Virus record (IMG/VR): IMGVR_UViG_2778261635_000004 | Location: 1-23,885 of that record | Strand: one strand, 5' to 3' | DNA from: a virus | Taxonomy: Duplodnaviria; Heunggongvirae; Uroviricota; Caudoviricetes | DNA length: 23,885 bases | Shown: positions 1 through 8,440 of the stretch, one piece after another | How positions within the stretch are numbered: position 1 is the first letter of the stretch | Layout of the letters: each line of letters begins with the position of its first letter | Made by a program: the position numbers and the translations under genes | The notes under the pieces: model-generated | Databases searched by the model: none | Seen by the model: only the letters and a program-made list of their open reading frames with translations | Told to the model about the DNA's origin: nothing

Positions 1-1101
1 TATCTGATTATCTCCTGTGCCCACATCCCTTTTCGCCGCTTCTCCCAAACCAAGGTATGTGAGAAGACCAGCTACATCCTTTCCACTCAAATTAGTCAGC
101 GTATTGTCCAGCGGTTGTTTACCTGCCAGCGCATTCAGCATTGTCGTGGCAAAGTTCGGATCATTCCCCAGCGCCGCTGCCAGTTCGTTCAGTGTATCCA
201 GTGCCGCAGGTGCAGAACCCACCATTGCCGCAATCGCCGATTTCACAAAAGCCGTAGTGGCAATCTGTGTATTGTTGACCGACTGCGCCGCCGTGGGGGC
301 TGTTGGCGTTCCGGTGAGTGCCGGACTCAACAACGGTGCTTTTAGTGCCAGCGCATTGTTAATGGTGGTACTGAAATTCGGATCATTGTTAATGGCTGCG
401 GCTATTTCTTTCAGCGTGTCCAGCGTGGCTGGCGCACCATTAATAAGGGCCGTCAGTGCCGCCTGTACAAACGCAGTGGTCGCAACCTGCGTGGTATTAT
501 CCCCCGCCGCTGGCGTTGGCGCTTTGGGGGTTCCGGTAAATGTCGGGCTGGCTTTTGGCGCGTACTGTGAATGCGGGTCCGGTGCGGCAAGATGTTTTGC
601 CATCTGATCATCCGCGTACACCTTCAGCTCCAGTGCCTTGTCATCCACATACTTGCGGGTTGCCAGCACTACAGCAGGGTCGATTTTCAGGGTGATATTG
701 TCCGTGCTGCTGGTAATCAGCACCATGCGCACGGTCTGAGTGCGCCCGCTGCCTTCAGCCAGTTGCGGCTTATAGCTTTCCGGGCAGTTGCCCACGGCAA
801 TCAATGCCCCGGACTCATCAAACAAGCCCACTTCACGTATCCACCAACCGCCCTCGTTTTCAGGGATCACCTGTTCGGCAATAATCTGGCTGCTGTTCTG
901 CGGGTCGATATAGAGCATATTCAGCGCAGCCCGGCGTTTCTCATTTACCAGTGCCGTCTGCTTTGCGTCCGGCGTTGGCAATACTCCGCCGCCATCGCCG
1001 ACCGCCATATGGGTAATTTTTAGCGGCACACCGAGCGCGGCGGCGCTGGCAAGTTTCGCCGCGCCAATATCCGTCAGCAGGGTATAAAATTTTGTGCTCA
1101 T
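1..1101 (-). CDS. H: Tail fibre protein (P2 gpH-like), N-terminal ~367 codons; gene continues beyond the left edge
   Basis: Minus-strand frame checked triplet by triplet: open from ATG at 1101..1099 (ATGA overlap with gene I stop) to position 1. N-terminus MSTKFYTLLTDIGAAKLASAAALGVPL resembles P2-family fibre N-termini; follows I in V-W-J-I-H order. The + ORF 17..607 is its antisense shadow. Confidence 0.8.
   Translation of the reverse strand, partial: MSTKFYTLLTDIGAAKLASAAALGVPLKITHMAVGDGGGVLPTPDAKQTALVNEKRRAALNMLYIDPQNSSQIIAEQVIPENEGGWWIREVGLFDESGALIAVGNCPESYKPQLAEGSGRTQTVRMVLITSSTDNITLKIDPAVVLATRKYVDDKALELKVYADDQMAKHLAAPDPHSQYAPKASPTFTGTPKAPTPAAGDNTTQVATTAFVQAALTALINGAPATLDTLKEIAAAINNDPNFSTTINNALALKAPLLSPALTGTPTAPTAAQSVNNTQIATTAFVKSAIAAMVGSAPAALDTLNELAAALGNDPNFATTMLNALAGKQPLDNTLTNLSGKDVAGLLTYLGLGEAAKRDVGTGDNQI
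125..568 (-). repeat. Diverged in-frame tandem duplication (period 222 nt = 74 codons) inside the tail fibre gene
   Basis: Segments starting near 125 and 347 share long near-identical runs (gccagcgcatt..., ttcggatcatt...); the same periodicity shows in the antisense ORF translation (FSVSS motif 74 aa apart). Confidence 0.55.
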
Positions 1102-1703
1102 GGATTCACTCTCATTGTGTCAATAACATGGACCGCCCCGCCTTCATGCGCAGTGCCGCCAGAAATAATTGTTTCGTTGATATACGGATAGATCGTGATT
1201 TCTTCGCCAAGATAGCTGGCGGCCCCCACCCAATGCGGACCGCTGGTCTGCAGATTGATGGACATGCCGATCATGTGACGGCTACATGGTTTGGCATCGC
1301 TTATCAGCCGCTCAAGTTCCAGATAGGTATCTTCAGTGATGCCCTGGTTCTGCACGCCGATATCCAGGCGAAACGTGCCCGGTGTTTCTCCGGTCTGCCA
1401 CCACTCAATAATGCGGATCAGGAATCCGAACGGTTCCACCACCCGCCGCACGGCACTGGTAGTTCCTTTATGCTGATGAATATAAAAAGCATCCTTCACT
1501 ACCAGGCGTTTGACGCTTTCTGTCCAGCCCTCGTCCCAGCGATCCACAGAGAACGCCCAGGCGAGATAAGGCAGGAAGCTGACCGGACAGGTAGCCGGAT
1601 TCCACAAGTCACGCAGCGGCACCTGCAGATCAGAAATCCCGCTACAGGTTTGCGCCAGTCGGCGCTCCAGTGAAGTTGAACCCGGTGGCAGCAGACTATT
1701 CAT
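1098..1703 (-). CDS. I: Baseplate assembly protein (P2 gpI-like)
   Basis: 201 aa; motifs LWNPATCP and LPYLAWAFSVDRWDEGW recalled from P2 gpI; sits between J and H with overlapping stop/start codons. Confidence 0.8.
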   Translation of the reverse strand: MNSLLPPGSTSLERRLAQTCSGISDLQVPLRDLWNPATCPVSFLPYLAWAFSVDRWDEGWTESVKRLVVKDAFYIHQHKGTTSAVRRVVEPFGFLIRIIEWWQTGETPGTFRLDIGVQNQGITEDTYLELERLISDAKPCSRHMIGMSINLQTSGPHWVGAASYLGEEITIYPYINETIISGGTAHEGGAVHVIDTMRVNP

Positions 1704-2604
1704 CCGTTCCTCCGTTGGTTACGCTCCACTGCGTACATGATGCCGCCTGTGTTTTGTTCAGGACCACATCCGCCAGCGGAGAAGCCAGCTCCACACGCTG
1801 CACACCCTCAACATGCAGGGCGGCAAAGATGGCGCTACGGCGAATATCCCGACCAAGACGCGTCTGACTGGCGATGTACTTCTGCAGGCTGGCTTTTGCC
1901 GCTGCCATTACCGGCTCTGCTTCCGGTCCCGGATAGAGAAAAATGGTGGCTTCCACGCGATACGGGATGATTTCTGCGCTGCGAACCGTCAGACGGTCAG
2001 CCACCGGGCGGACGTTCTCACTGTTCAGAGCTTTTTCCACCACGTCCAGCAGGTCTTTTTCTGCAGTTCCATCGCCTTCGCGGCTAAGGACAGTCAGCAC
2101 CACCTCTGCAGGCGCCGGACTGGTTGCACTGGCATCCGCCACCCGACCGTCAGCGCTTCGGGCATGAAATTCATAAGCTGCAGTTGGTCCCGCAACTGAA
2201 AGCCCCTCAAAGGCTGCAGGCACACGCAGGCGTAACGCTTCATCGCTTTCCATCACTGCCGCAACGGGCGGCACAGCGTCATCATCAGCAGGCGTCACCG
2301 TCAGGCGTTTCACGTTGTAGTTGGCAGCGAGCTGGTCAAGGTCCCCGCCCATCGCGTAAGCCACCATCACCGCCTGTGCGGCTTCGTTAATGCGCTGGCG
2401 CAGAAGCAACTCACGGTACGCGTTCTCCTGCAACAATTTGGTGACGGGTTCAGATTCCAGTTCCAGCGTACGCATCACAGCCTCCTGTTCATCTTTCGGA
2501 TGAAGCGCCACAAATTCTGCCTTGCGTTCGGCAAGCAGCGTCTCAAAGTCGGGCACATCCACAATCTGCGGCGCAGGCAACTGCGAAAGGTCAATCACTG
2601 CCAT
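1696..2604 (-). CDS. J: Baseplate assembly protein J (P2 gpJ-like)
   Basis: Track ORF 1696..2643; likely start is the internal ATG at 2604 (MAVIDLSQLPAP, AGGAG about 7 nt upstream), giving 302 aa. Resembles P2 gpJ N-terminus. Confidence 0.85.
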   Translation of the reverse strand: MAVIDLSQLPAPQIVDVPDFETLLAERKAEFVALHPKDEQEAVMRTLELESEPVTKLLQENAYRELLLRQRINEAAQAVMVAYAMGGDLDQLAANYNVKRLTVTPADDDAVPPVAAVMESDEALRLRVPAAFEGLSVAGPTAAYEFHARSADGRVADASATSPAPAEVVLTVLSREGDGTAEKDLLDVVEKALNSENVRPVADRLTVRSAEIIPYRVEATIFLYPGPEAEPVMAAAKASLQKYIASQTRLGRDIRRSAIFAALHVEGVQRVELASPLADVVLNKTQAASCTQWSVTNGGTDE

Positions 2605-2950
2605 TCTCTGCTCCTGTTGATACGGAAAAGGAAACAGGCACACCGTTATTACGCCGCCCGGTCAGCTCCACCACCGTTGAACCGTCAAAGTTGCTGTTGA
2701 TGGTGATGGAATCCAGCGTCAGGCGTGGCTCCCAGCGACTCAGCGCCACATACACTGCCGACATGACCTGCAGGCGTAACGCCGGATTTTGTGGCTGGTC
2801 TATCAGTGCCGACAGCAGGGAACCATATTCCCGACGGGCAATGCGGCTACCCTGCGGCGTCAGCAAAATATCCCGCACCGACTGGCGCAGATGGCCAATA
2901 TCAGTAATGGTTTTACCGCTGGTATTATTCATACCGATATAAAGCGTCAT
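2591..2950 (-). CDS. W: Baseplate wedge protein W (gp25-like)
   Basis: 119 aa, size and position match P2 gpW; ATGA overlap with V stop. Confidence 0.8.
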   Translation of the reverse strand: MTLYIGMNNTSGKTITDIGHLRQSVRDILLTPQGSRIARREYGSLLSALIDQPQNPALRLQVMSAVYVALSRWEPRLTLDSITINSNFDGSTVVELTGRRNNGVPVSFSVSTGAENGSD

Positions 2951-3555
2951 ACCGGGCCTCCGGTGGTATCACCGCCTTTCAGGACGCCTGTATGCTGATG
3001 CGTATCAACCACGATTCCGTTAGAACTCATTGCACCGCCGCCCTGGGTAACGCCACCATTGATCACCACTTCGCTGTTAATGCGCGTGCGGTCAGCCTCC
3101 AGTACAAACTCACTGGTTTTCAGGGTGATGTTGTCAGTGGCCTCAATGACCATGGATTTGATGCCCCTGACATACCAGCGCCCGGTGGCGGGTTCGTATT
3201 CAAACCAGCCACCGTCCGGGTATTCCGTCACGTTACCGTCCTCAGAGTCTGAAGGTGGCGGAAACTGGTTTGAGTAGACCGCAGGCAGGGCAAACGCGGT
3301 TTCCAGATTGCCGCCAAGGCTGAACAGCACAACCTGCTCACCCACAGACGGTTTCCACCAGGTGCGCGATTTGCCCGCGCGCAGTGTCAGCCAGTTAATC
3401 CAGTTGGTTTCAAGGTCGCCCGTTTTCACCCGACAAAGCCAGTTTTCCCGGTCCACTTCGGTGACTACACCAGTGCGGATCAGATTGGTGATAAGGCGCA
3501 TGATTTCTGTTAGTTGAGCGTTCATGGCAATTAGATTGCCAAATGCTGCCGTCAT
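2947..3555 (-). CDS. V: Baseplate hub/spike protein V
   Basis: 202 aa; resembles P2 gpV (NLIRTG..., TGGP C-terminus). Alternative start at internal ATG 3525. Weak RBS at both. Confidence 0.8.
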   Translation of the reverse strand: MTAAFGNLIAMNAQLTEIMRLITNLIRTGVVTEVDRENWLCRVKTGDLETNWINWLTLRAGKSRTWWKPSVGEQVVLFSLGGNLETAFALPAVYSNQFPPPSDSEDGNVTEYPDGGWFEYEPATGRWYVRGIKSMVIEATDNITLKTSEFVLEADRTRINSEVVINGGVTQGGGAMSSNGIVVDTHQHTGVLKGGDTTGGPV

Positions 3556-3573
3556 TAGGATAGGATTTAAAGC

Positions 3574-3591
3574 TGTGCCATTTCTGGCACA
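3574..3591 (-). promoter_or_regulatory. Candidate late-promoter activator site (TGT-N12-ACA dyad, Ogr/Delta type) for the V operon
   Basis: tgtgccatttctggcaca is a perfect extended dyad (TTGTGCCA / TGGCACA) lying between the cargo gene stop (3603) and V start. P2 late promoters carry TGT-N12-ACA upstream. Confidence 0.4.
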
Positions 3592-3602
3592 ACTTAGGGA
3601 GA

Positions 3603-4832
3603 TTATTGTGTTAGATCATTAAGTATTGGTGCAATCTCATCGTAAGAGTCGATCCAAATAACATTCACGCCAAATGAATTAGCATCGATTTCTTCAAAAG
3701 TATGCACTGTCTGTAAAAGAGAGGTCGCGATTGCATCCTCATTAATATTCAGTTTATTATCAAATCCATTTCTTGAGTCACTAACAATTCTTTGAATATT
3801 AGCAATCACATCTTCTTTCGAATGTCTACACTTAATTAAATAATGAGGTTTAGAATCATTCCCTCTAAGTTTTTTGGCTGTATCCATCAACCTTCTGAGG
3901 TTTGGATCTGTAAAGGAATGACCAACAAACAGGCAATTTCCATCTTTGAATTTATTCAACTGAACCATATTGCTCCAATGGTATAAATCCATGTATTGCC
4001 TATGATAGCTTTCATCAGAAAGGACTAGCGTGTCATCGAGTTCAACTTTCCCCTGCAATGGGAGATAGCCATGCACATGGTAGATCGGCAGTTCATCATT
4101 TTTTGCATGCTGCCCCGTCTTTGAAATCACCTTATACTTTATACCAACATCAGCTCTAGTTAATGTCTGTTCCAAAATATCATCATAGTTATATGTAATA
4201 ACGGAATCTAGACCTGGTGACTTGCCTGCCGATATGCACAATTTCTTGATTGCTTTCAATGTACTGCTTTCTTCCTCCTGATAATATTCATACAAAACAT
4301 GCTGAATTTCTTTTTCCAAGGGAGTATTAATACCATCAAAGTGTAGTTTTAGATATCTGGCTGCTATGAGTGCGTTCGGACCGAAAACCTCATTAAACAA
4401 AACCGATACCATTTTCTGATTTTCATTTTTATCATCCAAAGCTCTTGCCAATAGCCGCTTTAATAATTCACTCCATGTTGGTATGCTGTAATCTAAAGAA
4501 ATGCCAGCACCTAAAACAAGAACTAAATTCTCCTCTTTAAAAGAGGTCTTCAGGTTCCTCAATACCGTAGTTCTTGTCGCTTGAGAATGGCCCTTTACTT
4601 TTATTTCTAAATTTTTGATAGCATTTGAAGTTAGTTTTTCTATACCACCTGAACGTAGAAAATCCGCGATAATTGCAAAGGTTGATGTTTGAACTGACGT
4701 TGCTGTCGTAGCAACCTCTGCCGCTATGGCCATGGCATCTGCCATAGAGTTCGCTTTTGGTGGTTCAGACTCACTTTTATCTAAATTTGATTTATCAGCT
4801 TTGGGGGACTCATCTTGCTTTTTCATACTCAC
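3603..4832 (-). CDS. SIR2-like (sirtuin-fold, SIR2_2/ThsA-type) stand-alone protein; cargo gene at the S/V junction
   Basis: 409 aa track ORF uses a GTG start; first ATG is at 4826. After a charged N-terminus: LVLVLGAGISLDYSIPTWSELLKRLL (GAGxS Rossmann start), VITYNYDDILE, IYHVHGY, LFVGHSFTDPNLRRL, recalled as the SIR2-like NADase pattern. Markedly AT-rich versus flanking late genes. Confidence 0.6.
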   Translation of the reverse strand: MSMKKQDESPKADKSNLDKSESEPPKANSMADAMAIAAEVATTATSVQTSTFAIIADFLRSGGIEKLTSNAIKNLEIKVKGHSQATRTTVLRNLKTSFKEENLVLVLGAGISLDYSIPTWSELLKRLLARALDDKNENQKMVSVLFNEVFGPNALIAARYLKLHFDGINTPLEKEIQHVLYEYYQEEESSTLKAIKKLCISAGKSPGLDSVITYNYDDILEQTLTRADVGIKYKVISKTGQHAKNDELPIYHVHGYLPLQGKVELDDTLVLSDESYHRQYMDLYHWSNMVQLNKFKDGNCLFVGHSFTDPNLRRLMDTAKKLRGNDSKPHYLIKCRHSKEDVIANIQRIVSDSRNGFDNKLNINEDAIATSLLQTVHTFEEIDANSFGVNVIWIDSYDEIAPILNDLTQ

Positions 4833-4918
4833 CGCTTGTACAAATAGTTATATGTCAAATTAAACATACAGTGTTTAGAAGCATAAAACCTTGTAGAAGC
4901 TAGCAAAAGCGTGAATCT

Positions 4919-5365
4919 TCACCCCATTAAGTAACTAGATAAAATTGTTTTAATTTGAAGAGTAGCTTCATCGTTGAAACCCAATAGCCGCCGCTCAGCA
5001 TAACGTACCTCCGGCCCCTTACGACTAACACGATCACGCAGGCCGTAGTGATGAACGCGGGCAATGCGCTGCACCTTACCTTCAAACTGCACGCTGGCAG
5101 AATCGGCGCTGGCGGCAGTTTTCAGGTATTTTTTGGTGCGCAGCTTTGCAAACATCTGACGTTTGATACGGCCTTTTTTACTGCGTGCTGTTACCCGTCG
5201 CGGTTCATAGCTGCTGCCGTCAGGGTTGCGCTGCATCCTGATATTCTGCTGCTGTGTCCGGCGAAGTTCCTGCGCCAGCTGGCGCATCATGCGGCTTCTC
5301 GAGGCTGGTTCCAGATTCGCCAGCAAGGCACTCAACCAGTCGTCCACCTTCTGCAATTCAGCCAC
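4919..5365 (-). CDS. S: Tail completion protein S
   Basis: 148 aa; position and size match P2 gpS; 8-nt overlap with R. Confidence 0.8.
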   Translation of the reverse strand: MAELQKVDDWLSALLANLEPASRSRMMRQLAQELRRTQQQNIRMQRNPDGSSYEPRRVTARSKKGRIKRQMFAKLRTKKYLKTAASADSASVQFEGKVQRIARVHHYGLRDRVSRKGPEVRYAERRLLGFNDEATLQIKTILSSYLMG

Positions 5366-5810
5366 GTTTCACCGTCCACATTTCTTCAGGTTCATCGGGT
5401 TCCGCTACAGCTTCAACACTCGACACACTGCCATCAGTGCTGACCAGCACACGCTCCGTCAGTTGCAGGTTAAGGCTGATATCACAGACATCATTGCGCA
5501 GAATATCCACCTCAAAGGTGAATAACTTTTCCCGTAACGCCGGGTTATTGATGGCATCAGGCTGATTATCCCGCAGCCACAGCAAAACCGGGGCCATCAG
5601 CAGATTCTGGTCGCCGCTGAAATCCTCAATCACCACGTTCAGGGTATAGCGGTACTCCCATGACATGGAGCTGGCCCCCGTGGCAACCAGCAAACCGTTA
5701 TCCACAAACAGATGCAGTTTGTCCGGGTTATTGCGGACATAAGGCACTGCTTTATTGAGGGCGTGGCGCAGGGATTGTGGTTTGTTCACTGTTTCGCTCC
5801 TGACACGCAA
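5358..5810 (-). CDS. R: Tail completion protein R
   Basis: 150 aa; position and size match P2 gpR. Confidence 0.8.
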   Translation of the reverse strand: MRVRSETVNKPQSLRHALNKAVPYVRNNPDKLHLFVDNGLLVATGASSMSWEYRYTLNVVIEDFSGDQNLLMAPVLLWLRDNQPDAINNPALREKLFTFEVDILRNDVCDISLNLQLTERVLVSTDGSVSSVEAVAEPDEPEEMWTVKRG

Positions 5811-6042
5811 TAATCATGTCCACTTTGTCTGCACAGACCGCCCAGGCGGCCTCCGTTTCATCCAGCAACGCGTTCAGATCACCGTTAGTGCGCGGCGTTG
5901 CCTGATCCAGCCGACACGGCGTCACTCGCGGACAACCACTGACGGTAAGCTGCACCTCCGGTGAATACCGGACGTTTTCGCAGCCGGATAATGTCAGCAG
6001 GCAAAGGAGTATCAGCCCAGCGGCGTAAATCCTCGTTCTCAC
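5752..6042 (-). CDS. lysC: Outer-membrane spanin lipoprotein (LysC/Rz1-like), overlapping the end of lysB in another frame
   Basis: 96 aa; signal peptide with lipobox LTLSGC then Pro-rich periplasmic part; out-of-frame overlap with the i-spanin gene. Confidence 0.6.
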   Translation of the reverse strand: MRTRIYAAGLILLCLLTLSGCENVRYSPEVQLTVSGCPRVTPCRLDQATPRTNGDLNALLDETEAAWAVCADKVDMIIACQERNSEQTTIPAPRPQ

Positions 6043-6313
6043 GTTTCAGTTCCTCGATCCGGTGTTGTCGTTGTCTCAGCAGCGCGCTGGTCTGTTCTGC
6101 TTCGGCATAGAGCCGCGCCTGCTCCCGGTTATTGGTTTCAGCCAGAATGGACAGACTGATCAGCTGGCTATTTTTCTTCGTTAGTTCGTGCGCTTTACTT
6201 TTCAGCTCCGCGCGCTGCGTTTCGATGGTGTGGCTGGCGCTGTTAAGCCGCCACGACTGCCAGCCCAGCGCAACGAGTGCCAGCGCCGCCACTACCGCCA
6301 GCGCACGCGTCAT
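5885..6313 (-). CDS. lysB: Inner-membrane spanin (LysB/Rz-like)
   Basis: 142 aa; N-terminal TM helix (LAVVAALALVALGW) followed by charged coiled-coil-like region; directly after the endolysin. Confidence 0.65.
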   Translation of the reverse strand: MTRALAVVAALALVALGWQSWRLNSASHTIETQRAELKSKAHELTKKNSQLISLSILAETNNREQARLYAEAEQTSALLRQRQHRIEELKRENEDLRRWADTPLPADIIRLRKRPVFTGGAAYRQWLSASDAVSAGSGNAAH

Positions 6314-6825
6314 AGTCCAGCTCCTTTAAGGCACCAGGCCATCTCCCGCGCACGGCGGTTATCCAGCCCCTGATTAAACACACCTTTCACATAAACCCAG
6401 CGCGGCAACTGTCGGCACGCTTCTGCCCAGCGCCGCTGATTGAGTAATTTCACCAGTGTGGAACTGCAGGCATTGCCCGTTCCCACGTTGAAGGCAAACG
6501 ACACCGTAGCGTCATATACCTTCTGCGGCGGCTGTTGCTTCACACACCTTTCCAGCGCCCGCTCCACACGCAGCACGTTGGAAATCAGCCCTTCTGCTGC
6601 CTGTCGTTCCGTGATTGTTTTGCCGGGAATGACGCCCGATGTATTACCAATGCCGTCGGTCCAGACACCCGCGCTGCACTGATACGGCTGCAGACGACAG
6701 CCTTCGTAATCGGCAATCAGTTTCAGCCCCTCCACGGAGGTGTGAAGCTGCTGAAAACCCGGCAGCGTGGCAGCAACAGCCAGCACGGCCCCGATAAGGC
6801 AGCGTTTAACGATTGATGGATTCAT
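6310..6825 (-). CDS. K: Endolysin, T4-lysozyme-family muramidase with N-terminal SAR (signal-anchor-release) segment
   Basis: 171 aa; hydrophobic N-terminus KRCLIGAVLAVAATLPGF; catalytic-triad-like spacing in LIADYEGCRLQPYQCSAGVWTDGIGNT (E..D..T). Confidence 0.8.
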   Translation of the reverse strand: MNPSIVKRCLIGAVLAVAATLPGFQQLHTSVEGLKLIADYEGCRLQPYQCSAGVWTDGIGNTSGVIPGKTITERQAAEGLISNVLRVERALERCVKQQPPQKVYDATVSFAFNVGTGNACSSTLVKLLNQRRWAEACRQLPRWVYVKGVFNQGLDNRRAREMAWCLKGAGL

Positions 6826-7021
6826 AGTCCTCCCGCGAGATCTGCCCGTCGCGCAGAAGCTGGTAGGCTTTGTGTTTGTAGTACCAGTTGATAGCCAGCA
6901 TCAGCACACCGATCATCAGGCCGCCCAGCGTTGAGGCATCCTTGATGGACAAATCGCCCAGCCAGGCCAGCACGACGGCGATGCAATACGTGATAAAGGC
7001 GCTGATTCGCTCAAGCGTCAT
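6806..7021 (-). CDS. Y: Holin (possibly pinholin, given the SAR endolysin)
   Basis: 71 aa with two hydrophobic helices and a charged C-terminus; immediately upstream of and overlapping the endolysin gene. Confidence 0.6.
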   Translation of the reverse strand: MTLERISAFITYCIAVVLAWLGDLSIKDASTLGGLMIGVLMLAINWYYKHKAYQLLRDGQISREDYESINR

Positions 7022-7024
7022 AAT

Positions 7025-7228
7025 TCAGTCCCATAGCTGGACGGTCTGCACGGTGGTGGTAGTCGGAATGTCCGGCAGCTCCACCTGCAGCCCGTGAGGT
7101 AAAAAGGGGCCGTATTCGGCAAGCCCCGGATTTGCCTTCAGTACCTGCTCCGTGACACCCTGCGTGCGCCCGTAATGACGCCAGCAAAGCGCGTCCACCG
7201 TGTCATACTGATGCGCACGCACTTTCAT
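7025..7228 (-). CDS. X: Tail protein X
   Basis: 67 aa, same size and position as P2 gpX. Confidence 0.8.
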   Translation of the reverse strand: MKVRAHQYDTVDALCWRHYGRTQGVTEQVLKANPGLAEYGPFLPHGLQVELPDIPTTTTVQTVQLWD

Positions 7229-7692
7229 CAGATAAGCTCCACTGTGCAGTGAGGCGCATCCTGTACCCGGCTGATGGCCCAGCGGGCGTCACGCCACAAA
7301 TCACCGCTGGCTTCTGCCAGTTCCTCGCCTCGCTTCACACCGGATGCCGTGGCGTCATAGTCCTGGTATCGTTCGTTGAGCATGGCGCGTGCCCAGCAGT
7401 AAACCGCGTTGAAATAGTGCTGAATGCGCTCACTTTTCCCGTCCAGCTGTTCCGCCGGAACCTCTGCCAGCGACGCATATCCCAGCATCTGCTGGCGTCT
7501 GCGAAACTCATACAGCTCTGCGTTGACCTCCGAAATTGCCGACAGCGCAACCTGCTTTAAACGCGGCTGCGTCACCGTGCCGTCAGTGCGCATGACACTG
7601 CGAAACTCCGACAGGTCCACATCAGGCCAGAAAGGCGTATTTCTGATGATTTCTGCCTGTTCCGGTGCCTGTTCTGGCGCAACAAACTTCAT
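7228..7692 (-). CDS. L: Head completion protein L
   Basis: Track ORF extends to 7800, but the internal ATG at 7692 (MKFVAPEQ) has AGGAG 8 nt upstream and aligns with the recalled P2 gpL N-terminus. Confidence 0.75.
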   Translation of the reverse strand: MKFVAPEQAPEQAEIIRNTPFWPDVDLSEFRSVMRTDGTVTQPRLKQVALSAISEVNAELYEFRRRQQMLGYASLAEVPAEQLDGKSERIQHYFNAVYCWARAMLNERYQDYDATASGVKRGEELAEASGDLWRDARWAISRVQDAPHCTVELI

Positions 7693-7786
7693 GCTGCTTT
7701 CTCCTGAAATAAAGGGCGGTGGACGGGGTTTTGATGTGGCAGTACCTTTCGCCACCCCGTGCCGCCCGTGCGCGGGGCACGTTCTG

Positions 7787-8437
7787 TCAGCGGCTTTCAT
7801 TGCGCAGTCTGCGCTCCAGCTGCTGTTTGTCTTTTTTCACGCCACAGCGGGGATCGAGCTGTAACGCATGGTTAAGATGATTAAGGGCGGACGCCGGACT
7901 GCTTTCACTCAGGACAGCGCCAATCGCTTTATGCAGACGCGCCCGTGACTGGTCCGGCATATCCAGACCGTCTGTCAGTTCCAGCGTCTGCAGCAACAGA
8001 TCGGCATCAAAGCCGGTGGCGGCAAGCATTGCGCTCTGCGCGGCGTCTGCCATTTCCTCTGCCAGCACGGTCTGCACGTTGCGGTTACCCAGCGGCATCA
8101 CCCAGCCATGACGCAGGGCATGACGCCCGATCTCCAGCGCCCCGGCATAATCTCCGGCATCAATGCGCCACAGCATCACGTACATCAGCACGTCATCCTG
8201 TTGAGCGCCTCCGGCAGCCAGGACACCCTCCGCCCAGGCGGCGTACTTCGGCAGCAACTCCACTTTGATTTCCGCTTTTTTGACCGTGGACTGAACGCCC
8301 TTGAGACGGCGTCGGTCTTCCGCCAGTTGCAGCAGCATCAGGTCATAGCCCGACGCGTGGCGAACGCTGCCGCCCTCGCGGGCGGCCTGTTCAGCCTGAA
8401 CGCGCAGGCGATGCTGCCGTGCGGGACTCAGGCTCAT
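7787..8437 (-). CDS. M: Terminase endonuclease/small subunit M
   Basis: 216 aa, between capsid N and L as in P2. Confidence 0.75.
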   Translation of the reverse strand: MSLSPARQHRLRVQAEQAAREGGSVRHASGYDLMLLQLAEDRRRLKGVQSTVKKAEIKVELLPKYAAWAEGVLAAGGAQQDDVLMYVMLWRIDAGDYAGALEIGRHALRHGWVMPLGNRNVQTVLAEEMADAAQSAMLAATGFDADLLLQTLELTDGLDMPDQSRARLHKAIGAVLSESSPASALNHLNHALQLDPRCGVKKDKQQLERRLRNESR

Positions 8438-8440
8438 GGA

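Noticed and set aside
17-607. 196-aa + strand ORF with Ala/Ser/Val-rich low-complexity translation
   Set aside because: It is the antisense frame of the tail fibre gene, whose minus-strand frame is open over the whole interval; its internal periodicity mirrors the tandem repeat in H.
1092-1673. 193-aa + strand ORF
   Set aside because: Antisense to gene I, which has P2-like motifs and a coupled start/stop arrangement.
3574-3591. Inverted repeat first read as a terminator hairpin after the SIR2-like gene
   Set aside because: No U-run follows on the coding strand and the spacing is exactly TGT-N12-ACA, so it is better explained as a late-promoter activator site for V.
7693-7800. N-terminal 36-codon extension of gene L in the ORF track
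   Set aside because: No RBS at 7800 and the extension overlaps the M stop; the internal start at 7692 has an AGGAG RBS and fits the P2 gpL N-terminus. A GC-rich imperfect inverted repeat here may be an M-L structure, but I could not resolve a clean stem.
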